In this document: positions 1 through 7,577 of the stretch, in pieces
How the letters are laid out: every line of letters begins with the position of its first letter
Numbering within the stretch: the first letter of the stretch is position 1
NCBI GenBank assembly: GCA_945859975.1
Contig: CAMAPH010000006.1
Location: 23,923-87,922, forward strand
Length of the DNA: 64,000 bases
Direction: 5' to 3'
Source: Chthonomonas calidirosea
Lineage (GTDB): Bacteria > Armatimonadota > Fimbriimonadia > Fimbriimonadales > Fimbriimonadaceae
Notes under the pieces: model-generated
What the model was told of the DNA's origin: nothing
Seen by the model: only the letters and a program-made list of their open reading frames with translations
Database searches by the model: none
Position numbers and translations under genes: made by a program

Positions 1-1187
1 TGAACCGCGTGCTCACCTGGGACAAGGAAGCTGGCGTCATCGAGGCCGAAGGCGGGGCCACGCTGGAAGCCATTTGGCAATATGTCTTGCAAGACGGTTG
101 GTGGTTCAACGTCGTTAGCGGCACGATGAAGCCGACCCTAGCCGGAGCCGTCTCGACCAACATTCACGGGAAAAACAACCTGACCCACGGCACCTTTGCC
201 GAACACGTCGAGATGGTCGAAATCATGCTCGCAAGCGGCGAAGTCCGACAGCTCGTACCATCCCAGCCCGAATTTTGGGCCGTCCACGGCGGACTCGGTC
301 TGCTTGGGATCGTGACCAAAGTCCGGTTTCGACTGAAGAAAATCACCAGCGGCAACGTCCGAGTGGTCCAACGGCGCGTGCACAGTTGGGCAGATCACTT
401 TGAACTCTTCGATACTTTCGCCGACGCGGACTATTCCGTGAGCTGGGTAAACGGCTTCACGAGCGGTTCCGGTGTCTTCCAAGCCGCATGGCACGGCGAA
501 TCTTCCGAACCCGAAACTCTGGACCTCCGTCATCAGATAATCGAAGGAAAGCTCGCGGGACTGATACATCGCGACACCGCTTGGAAGCATCTTCGCCGGA
601 TCACAAACCGCCCAGGAATGAAACTCGCGTCGGCGCTAAAGAGCAATGCCGCGCGGATCTCCGAAGGCGCGCCAAAGGTCACGAGCCTGGTTCAGTACAA
701 CTTTCCCCTGGATTACTTACCGAATTGGCAACGGGCTTACGTGCCGAACGGATTGCTCCAGTTCCAAGCCATCGTGCCCACCGCCCATGCTGAGAACGTT
801 TTCAACGAGCTGACTCGCCGCTGGCGAAGCAAAAAAATAGAGCCGTACTTGGTCGTCCTTAAAAAGCACCGCCCCGACGAAACCTGGCTGCGCTACCTCG
901 ACCATGGCTTCTCCCTCGCGCTCGACTTCCGGCAAACCCCGCGCAATGCCGGAGCGCTGAACAATTTGTACGACGAGATGGCCGAAGTCGTCCTCAATGC
1001 CGGTGGCCGCTTCTATTTCGCCAAGGACGGTTTACTATCCCCAGCCCAAGCCCAACGAAGCCTAGGCGAGGCCGCGATTGCGCGATTTACCGCTCTAAGA
1101 GACGACTGGGACCCCAAGCGCAGGTTCAAGACCCAGTTGAGTTGCCGGATTGGGCTGGATGAGTGTGTACAATACGCCAGACCGTAA
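1..1187 (+). CDS. FAD-binding oxidoreductase, DprE1 (decaprenylphosphoryl-ribose oxidase)-like; 5' end lies outside the window
   Basis: Motifs GT..PTLAGAVSTNIHGKN, GGLGLLG, FPLD...W.RAY, GFSLALDF and GGRFYFAKD; the frame is open to the window edge. Confidence 0.8.
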   Translation, partial: NRVLTWDKEAGVIEAEGGATLEAIWQYVLQDGWWFNVVSGTMKPTLAGAVSTNIHGKNNLTHGTFAEHVEMVEIMLASGEVRQLVPSQPEFWAVHGGLGLLGIVTKVRFRLKKITSGNVRVVQRRVHSWADHFELFDTFADADYSVSWVNGFTSGSGVFQAAWHGESSEPETLDLRHQIIEGKLAGLIHRDTAWKHLRRITNRPGMKLASALKSNAARISEGAPKVTSLVQYNFPLDYLPNWQRAYVPNGLLQFQAIVPTAHAENVFNELTRRWRSKKIEPYLVVLKKHRPDETWLRYLDHGFSLALDFRQTPRNAGALNNLYDEMAEVVLNAGGRFYFAKDGLLSPAQAQRSLGEAAIARFTALRDDWDPKRRFKTQLSCRIGLDECVQYARP

Positions 1188-1214
1188 TGGTCCCCAAGGG
1201 AGTGAATTTTTCCG

Positions 1215-2186
1215 GTGATCAAATCAGATGCCGCTGCCTTTAAGTCCGCTCTCGACGGAGTCAAATCTGTCCGGATCGGCACCCACCAAAATCCCGACGG
1301 GGACGCCCTCGGTAGCGCCTTGGCGCTTTCACACTATTTGGACCAGCTTGGTATTGCGAACGAGGTTCTCTGCCATAACTCGGCCCCGCGCAATCTCCAA
1401 TTCTTGCCCAGCGTAAACCGCGTCCGCCAAACGCCGATTGCCGCAGAAGTCGATCTAGCGATCATGATCGACTTGGAATCCATCGATCGACTAGGCACGG
1501 TTGCCCCGTACTTCCAAACCGGCGCGCCGCTGATGGTGATTGATCACCACATGCCGCACGAAATGCCCGGTCAGATCAGGATCATCGATACCAGCGCTCC
1601 CGCGGCAGCGCTCATCCTGGCCCGATTGCTGAAGCAAGTCGACGCCCACTTCACGCCCGAGATTTCCACCCTCTTGCTCGCCGGAATCGTAACCGACACC
1701 GGGTCCTTCCGGTACCGCAACACCACCCCCGAAGCCCTCAGCATGGCCGCGTTCCTGCTGGAGCACGGCGGCAATCTGAACCGCATTAGCGAAGAGGTCT
1801 TCCAACGCAAGCCGCTTAGCGCAACTCGGCTGCTGGGCTACGCCCTGAACGGCATGAAGATGTCGATGAACGGCTCCTTGGCCTGGACCGTTATCCCGAA
1901 CTCGGCCTTCAAGCTTGCCAACGCTTCGGACGAAGACACCGAAGGCTTTGTGAACGAAATGCTCTTCACCGACTGCGTCCGGATCGCGGCCATTTTTCGG
2001 GAACCCAACCCAGGAAAGGTAAGGTGTTCCATTCGCTCTCGCTCCGATCTTGACGTGGCCCTGGTCGCGCGCAAGTTTGGGGGTGGGGGACACAAAAACG
2101 CCGCCGGCTGCACCTTCGAAGGGACCATCGAGTCCGCCGAATCGCAACTAGTCGCCGAACTTGAAAAGTGTTTGGAATCCTCCTAA
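1215..2186 (+). CDS. nrnA: DHH/DHHA1 family phosphoesterase (oligoribonuclease/PAP phosphatase NrnA)
   Basis: Motifs HQNPDGDALGS, IDHH, TDTGSF and GGGGHKNAAG; lies directly upstream of truB. Confidence 0.9.
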   Translation: MIKSDAAAFKSALDGVKSVRIGTHQNPDGDALGSALALSHYLDQLGIANEVLCHNSAPRNLQFLPSVNRVRQTPIAAEVDLAIMIDLESIDRLGTVAPYFQTGAPLMVIDHHMPHEMPGQIRIIDTSAPAAALILARLLKQVDAHFTPEISTLLLAGIVTDTGSFRYRNTTPEALSMAAFLLEHGGNLNRISEEVFQRKPLSATRLLGYALNGMKMSMNGSLAWTVIPNSAFKLANASDEDTEGFVNEMLFTDCVRIAAIFREPNPGKVRCSIRSRSDLDVALVARKFGGGGHKNAAGCTFEGTIESAESQLVAELEKCLESS

Positions 2187-3040
2187 TTAACAAACCGCTT
2201 GGCATGACATCGCACGATGTCGTGAACCAAATGCGGCGACGATTCTCAACCAAACGAGTGGGGCACGCTGGCACGCTAGACCCCATGGCCTCCGGCCTTC
2301 TTGTAGTCGCCATCGGTTCCGCCACCCGATTCCTTCAGTACCTCCCCCTTGAGCCTAAGGAGTACATCGCCAAGATTCGCTTTGGCGTGGAGACTTCGAC
2401 GTACGATCTTGAGGGACAACCGTCGGACCCGAAGCCGCTCCCGGAAAACCTTGGCGCAGAAATCGAGACTCACCTGGCCGCTTTTCGCGGACTGATTCAA
2501 CAATTCCCACCGATGTACAGCGCGGTCAAAGTGAACGGTCAGCCACTCTACCGACTCGCCCGACAAGGCCAAACGATCGAGCGCGAAGCCCGCACCGTGC
2601 ATATCACGGAGTTCTCGATCCTCGATCTGGAAGGCGACGTTGCCACCGCCCGCATCATTTGCTCCGGTGGCACCTACGTTCGGTCCCTGGCTCATGATCT
2701 CGGGCAAGCGATGGGCTGTGGCGCGCACCTTGTCGGCCTCAAGCGGACCCGAGTCGGTCGCTTTTCCGAAGAAATGGCGATCCCGATGACCGAAATCGGC
2801 CCCGAGCACGTGATCGTGCTTGCCGAGGCGCTTCCGCCAATGCAGCTGATGGAACTCACCGACATCGAGGTTGCCGCCATTCGGCAAGGCAAGCAACTCA
2901 GTCTTCCCGTTCCCACCGAACGCAGCATCGTGGGGCTATTGGACCCCCGAGGCAATGTTTTCTCCGTCGCCCGCGTCATGGGTGACATGTTGCAGCCGGA
3001 ATGCGTGATTCCCGCCGAGGTGCCGGATGCCGTTGCTTGA
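2168..3040 (+). CDS. truB: tRNA pseudouridine(55) synthase
   Basis: Motifs NKP.GMTSHD, VGHAGTLDPMASG, PPMYSAVK and CSGGTYVRSL. Confidence 0.97.
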   Translation: MFGILLINKPLGMTSHDVVNQMRRRFSTKRVGHAGTLDPMASGLLVVAIGSATRFLQYLPLEPKEYIAKIRFGVETSTYDLEGQPSDPKPLPENLGAEIETHLAAFRGLIQQFPPMYSAVKVNGQPLYRLARQGQTIEREARTVHITEFSILDLEGDVATARIICSGGTYVRSLAHDLGQAMGCGAHLVGLKRTRVGRFSEEMAIPMTEIGPEHVIVLAEALPPMQLMELTDIEVAAIRQGKQLSLPVPTERSIVGLLDPRGNVFSVARVMGDMLQPECVIPAEVPDAVA

Positions 3041-3518
3041 ACCAACGGACTCGCGCAATCCGATAACTTTCCAGACTTTCTGGTTCGGCTGTTGGCTCGC
3101 GGTCACGGGCATTGCGCTCTATCTAAATCCAAGCGCCGATGGGCACGGCACGCACCAGCAACTTGGCCTCTCGCCTTGCCCCAGTGCTCTTATTCTTAAT
3201 CGCCCATGCCCAGGCTGCGGACTTACGACAAGCTGGACCGCCCTCGTTCACGGTCAATTCGAGCGCTCGTTCGAATCGCACTGGCTGGGTCCGTTCCTCT
3301 ATCTGGTCTTCACGTGGTCTGCGTTCATGGCGCTCGCCGGGATTGTGACGAAGCAGAAGTTCAACACCGATGGTCCGATCATGAACCGTTGCATGATCGC
3401 GCTCGGCGTGGTGTTCTTTGTATACGGCTTCGGACGAATGGCGTTGGTCAACGACTTTCGATCGCCGAAAGAGCGCATGATTATTGAGAACGTTCGGCAT
3501 CAGTTTGGGCAAAAATAG
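3027..3518 (+). CDS. DUF2752-like membrane protein
   Basis: PC...PCPGCGLT motif followed by hydrophobic helices. Confidence 0.75.
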   Translation: MPLLEPTDSRNPITFQTFWFGCWLAVTGIALYLNPSADGHGTHQQLGLSPCPSALILNRPCPGCGLTTSWTALVHGQFERSFESHWLGPFLYLVFTWSAFMALAGIVTKQKFNTDGPIMNRCMIALGVVFFVYGFGRMALVNDFRSPKERMIIENVRHQFGQK

Positions 3519-4461
3519 CCGGCGTTCCGCCCGTGTGCCAGAAGCAAACCTTGCCGCTGATCTCTCCGTTTTTTGCCATGGCTAATAATCCGGCAAAGGC
3601 CTTTGCGCTGTAGATCGGATCAAGAAAGATCCCTTCCCTCTGCGCCAGATACTCGAGGGCAGCTTGTCCGGCATCGCTCGGAATTCCGTAACCCGCCCGG
3701 ACGAAGCGAAAGTCCACCGAGTAATCCGTCGCATCCAGCTCGACCTCCAAAGACGCGAGAGCCGCCAAAGATTTCCCGAGCGCAGCGAACTCTTCCGCGA
3801 TCTCCGGCTCCGGGTCGCATGCAACGCCAAGGACTCGAGTTCCCGTGCCCTGTAGCCCGTACAACAAGCCGGAATGAGTGCTGCCGCTGCTGGAAGCGAA
3901 GATGACCGCATCAAACTGTTCCGCGCGGATTTCCTCGGCGGCCTTCAAAAATCCATACGCCCCGAGGGCCGTGCTGCCGCCTACGGGAATTTCGTAAACG
4001 TTCTTTCCTTCTCCTCTGATTTCTGCGGCTCGGTCGGCAAGCGCCTCAAACAGGGTGTCCCAAGTGCCGTTCGGCAATACGACCCAGTCGATACCAAGGA
4101 TGTCGCCTAACAAACGATTGCCAGATTCCGCCCTAAGCCCGTGCCCTTCCGGCAACTCGTACTCGTACGGTTTATCCATCACCACCGCTACGCATCGAAC
4201 TCCAACCATCGCGCAAGCCGCTCCTAGTTGGCGGATGAAGTTGCTCTGAATGCTGCCGCAAGTGATGACCGTATCTGCCCCTGTGGCCAGAACGTCGGGA
4301 ATGAGATATTCCAGTTTCCGACCTTTGTTGCCGCCAAAGCCAAAACCCGTGAGATCGTCCCGCTTGATCCAAACGTCCATTCCGAGATCGTCCGAAACGC
4401 CGTCAAGGCGATGGAGAGGCGTCGGCAGCAGGCAGAGGGGTTTTCTAACGGGAATACTCAT
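3481..4461 (-). CDS. PLP-dependent D-cysteine desulfhydrase / ACC deaminase family protein
   Basis: Motifs WIKRDDLTG..GGNK.RKLE, QSN, SGSTH.GL, LDPIYSAK and HTGG; start placed at MSIPVRK. Confidence 0.9.
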   Translation of the reverse strand: MSIPVRKPLCLLPTPLHRLDGVSDDLGMDVWIKRDDLTGFGFGGNKGRKLEYLIPDVLATGADTVITCGSIQSNFIRQLGAACAMVGVRCVAVVMDKPYEYELPEGHGLRAESGNRLLGDILGIDWVVLPNGTWDTLFEALADRAAEIRGEGKNVYEIPVGGSTALGAYGFLKAAEEIRAEQFDAVIFASSSGSTHSGLLYGLQGTGTRVLGVACDPEPEIAEEFAALGKSLAALASLEVELDATDYSVDFRFVRAGYGIPSDAGQAALEYLAQREGIFLDPIYSAKAFAGLLAMAKNGEISGKVCFWHTGGTPAIFAQTDAERSQ

Positions 4462-4503
4462 GGCGTCGAGAGGTGTCCAGTATATGGGAGCAGGCAAGAG
4501 CAG

Positions 4504-5007
4504 ATGAAAAATAAGTGGGTTCGAATAGGGTGCGGCTTAGTCCTGTTTGTCTTCTTCGGACTCGTCATTTGGGTCGGACCGGTCGTTCGAGACCTCGTTA
4601 AGAACGGCTTCCTTGACCGCGTGGACCGCGAGGAATACACCGCCGACCGCGTTGGGAATCTCAAAGCCCTGCGAACCGCGCTGATGCTTTACCACGAGTC
4701 GGAAGGAACCTTTCCCGAAGCGAACGGCTGGGTAGAAGCCATCAAACCAAGAATCGCCTCAAACGGAATGTCCGAAGCCGAAGCCCTCCGCAAGTTCGAC
4801 AACCCAGTTACCGCTGCCAAGGGCCAAATCGAATACGCCCTGAACCCAGCCGTGGCCGGAAAGTTCGAAGGCGACCTCCCATCCAAAGCCGTTCCCTTGA
4901 TCACCGAATCCACCGGAACCGCGACCGACCGCTGGGCCATTTACGTCAACGGCGATGTCGTGGATGGCACCAAGAAGAGTCGAAGCTCATCTTTTGAATT
5001 GAAATGA
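4504..5007 (+). CDS. Membrane-anchored hypothetical protein with a pseudopilin-like head
   Basis: N-terminal TM helix and NLKAL.TAL.LY...EG.FP resembling pilin heads; no class III signal (FTLIE). Confidence 0.6.
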   Translation: MKNKWVRIGCGLVLFVFFGLVIWVGPVVRDLVKNGFLDRVDREEYTADRVGNLKALRTALMLYHESEGTFPEANGWVEAIKPRIASNGMSEAEALRKFDNPVTAAKGQIEYALNPAVAGKFEGDLPSKAVPLITESTGTATDRWAIYVNGDVVDGTKKSRSSSFELK

Positions 5008-5037
5008 GAACGGAAAACGCAAGAATGGGGATGGAAA

Positions 5038-5508
5038 TTGGAGCCTGACAAATCGAAAGCGGTAATTATTAATCTCGAAGAATTGGCACTGCCTGTCTTC
5101 CGAATAGGTACTGGGGTTCGGTTCGATGAAACCTTGGACCAACTGAAGTTCATTTGTGAGGATGCATTACCGACGAAAGATGGGAAAATCGAGCCTATGA
5201 AGTACTTCTTTTGGGATGCCTCGAACCGCTGGTTCATGGCGGTCAACATTAAAAAAATCAAGCGAGCTCCATTGTTGAGAAGATTTTTTGGCCCCAGTGA
5301 TCTCATGCTTGCAGACTATCAATTGCAATTACTAGACGAGCGTCCCAGAGAATGGAAGAGAGCATATTCCCATATGCTGGCTGTTATCGAGTATCCCACA
5401 GACAAAAAATTTAAAGCGCGAGCTAGTCTACACAAGTGTGATACTTCTGAAAAGTTGGTTCGTTGGATGCGAACATATTGGACAAACAGTCCAAACAGAG
5501 GCTATTAG
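5038..5508 (+). CDS. Hypothetical protein, paralogue A of a tandem triplet
   Basis: Aligns over its length with 6017-6505 and 6595-7083; TTG start uncertain. Confidence 0.75.
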   Translation: MEPDKSKAVIINLEELALPVFRIGTGVRFDETLDQLKFICEDALPTKDGKIEPMKYFFWDASNRWFMAVNIKKIKRAPLLRRFFGPSDLMLADYQLQLLDERPREWKRAYSHMLAVIEYPTDKKFKARASLHKCDTSEKLVRWMRTYWTNSPNRGY

Positions 5509-5676
5509 ATTGATCGTTAAGCCAGTGGTACACTAAGTTGTTGTGGCCCAGCAAATGAAACGGATCTCATGATTTCGGTAGCTCGACATTTAGGGACTAT
5601 CCAAACGCGATTGTTGAGGTCTCACGCGCTTCCCAGAATTGACGCTTCTACCTGGGTCTCCATAAAATGACGGTCG

Positions 5677-5904
5677 TGGAGTGCTAGTTTTTCAGTCCCC
5701 ACTTTAGGAGACTCGCATGAAGAAAGGAAAACGCTTCACAGAAGAACAGACCATCAAGGTGCTGCAGGAAATCGACGCTGGGGCAACTGTCGCTCCGATC
5801 GAGAGAGCCTTCATTGCCAACGGCCAATTCATTTGCCGATGGAAAAGTAAACTGGCATGGCCAAAGTGAGCTTGCCGAAATCAAGGCTTCAGCATCAGAA
5901 CTAG
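5677..5904 (+). mobile_element. IS3-family insertion sequence remnant (degenerate orfA, no orfB)
   Basis: AGGAG RBS then ATG at 5717 gives MKKGKRFTEEQTIKVLQEIDAGATVA...RWKSK (OrfA HTH), stop at 5867-5869, with out-of-frame GM / SELAEIK remnants; TG-initiated candidate left end at 5677. Confidence 0.75.
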
Positions 5905-6016
5905 GCTGTGTTATGTGCCCTAAAGCTACCAGGTAGCATCGCAGGCGGGAGGCTCTTTAGGGTTGGTTGCAATGACGGGCTTCCATAGTTAAGAAGCCAT
6001 CGTCTGAGGAGCAGAT

Positions 6017-6505
6017 TTGGAGTACAGAAAATTGGAACCAGAAACTAGCGATTCGATACTGTTCGAGATGTCAGAAATCCATCTGCCTGTCTTTCGTATA
6101 GGTGGTTCGATTCGGTTCGATGAAACGATGGACGATCTTCGACTTATGAATGTGGCAGCGTTGCCTGCGACAGATGAAGGACCCGCTCGTTTGAAATACT
6201 ACTACTGGGATGCCTCGGATCGCTGGTTCGAGGCGGTAAATATTGTTAAGATCAAACCAGCACCCCTTTGGATGAGGTTCCTAATCGGAAATAAAATAAT
6301 GATTGCAAACTATCAATTGCAGTTGCTGGATGAACGTCCTCGAGAATGGAGGCGAGCATATAGTGACATGAGAGATTTGCTAGAGTTTTCGCAAGGCAAC
6401 GCTAACGAAGCAAGAGCGAGTCTTCACAAATGCGATACGTCTTTAAAGTTAGTCATGTGGCTGAAGACCTACATCCCTTCAAAGTGGTCCTTCGAGGGAT
6501 TATAA
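6017..6505 (+). CDS. Hypothetical protein, paralogue B
   Basis: GAGGAG RBS before TTG; shares LPVFRIG, WDAS.RWF.AVNI, YQLQLLDERPREW and ARASLHKCDTS with paralogue A. Confidence 0.8.
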   Translation: MEYRKLEPETSDSILFEMSEIHLPVFRIGGSIRFDETMDDLRLMNVAALPATDEGPARLKYYYWDASDRWFEAVNIVKIKPAPLWMRFLIGNKIMIANYQLQLLDERPREWRRAYSDMRDLLEFSQGNANEARASLHKCDTSLKLVMWLKTYIPSKWSFEGL

Positions 6506-6594
6506 ACGACGAAATTCTGGCAGGACTGACCACATTGGATCGGCCGCTTTTTCCCTGATTTGCAATCGGTATCATTGAGTTTCATCGTTACCAA

Positions 6595-7083
6595 ATGGCA
6601 GCTGAGAAACATGTTCAACACGAGAAAATCCCTGAAATGATTCGACCAGAAGATCTCTCGCTCCCCGTAATCCGGATCGGGAACGGTGTTCGCTTGGACC
6701 AGGAGCAAGAAATGCTCAAGGTCATGAGCGACAGCGCTCTCGATGACAACGGTGCCGTTCCGCAGTATTTTTGGGACAGCACGGGCCAGTGGTACCGGGC
6801 GGTCAACATTCGTAAAGTCGGGCGACTCCCGATCTGGAACCGCCTCTTCACCCCGAAGCACTTGATGCTTGCCGAGTATCAGCTCGTCAAACTCGATGGC
6901 CCACCAGCTCGATGGATCGGTGCCTTCAAGCAACTCGCCCGAGACTACATGGGCTGGGCGAGCGAAGACGTTTGGCAGGATTCCTCCGAACGCGCATCGC
7001 TGCGGAAGAGTACACATTCGGCGAAAGAGATGATTGAATGGATGGAGTTACACGCACAGCATTCGAAGTACTCAGACTTCTAG
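6595..7083 (+). CDS. Hypothetical protein, paralogue C (most divergent, more host-like GC)
   Basis: LPVIRIG, YFWDSTGQWYRAVNI, LMLAEYQL and RASLRK align with paralogues A and B. Confidence 0.8.
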   Translation: MAAEKHVQHEKIPEMIRPEDLSLPVIRIGNGVRLDQEQEMLKVMSDSALDDNGAVPQYFWDSTGQWYRAVNIRKVGRLPIWNRLFTPKHLMLAEYQLVKLDGPPARWIGAFKQLARDYMGWASEDVWQDSSERASLRKSTHSAKEMIEWMELHAQHSKYSDF

Positions 7084-7577
7084 CTGACGACTCGAAGCAA
7101 TTTAGGCACATCCAAATCACAATCAACATCTCAAGATTCTGCAGATCTAACGTTCAGGTCTCGGCCAGATTGGTATCTCGTGAATTATATTTCAACATTC
7201 GCAATTAAATACTATTTGATGCGTAAATTCAGGTTTCCCTTTGGCTAGCGCAGTTGAGATTGTCACGGGATTGTTTACTTTTCGCAGGTTTCCGAAGCGG
7301 GCCGGATCCCTCGAACTTGAAGTTGCTTTCCTATAGACTTTTCCTGACGTGTTCCGACTCGATTGAGCGACGATGAGCCGTGCTTGGCCACGAACTGCAA
7401 GCACATCCAATCGTGAGGCGCCTCACACGAAGCCGGTACCGGCGAAAATGGGACAGAGCCGAAAGAAAAAGTCAAAAAACCTGGCAGAAAGTTTTGGGAA
7501 CGTTCTTGTCCCGAGAGAAGTCCGCTATCCTGTTGGAGGTTGTGGGGTTCCTACGTCTGGGCCCTTTAGAGTTAATT

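Noticed and set aside
7344..7470. Possible hammerhead ribozyme (CTGAC...GATGAG...CGAAA)
   Set aside because: No intact CUGANGA core in the right stem context
7380..7577. N-terminal extension of the S8 ORF (similarly 4228-4503, 13378-13452, 26426-26536, 42247-42369, 54073-54420)
   Set aside because: Upstream in-frame starts overlap other genes or precede the signal peptide or conserved N-terminus, so downstream starts were chosen
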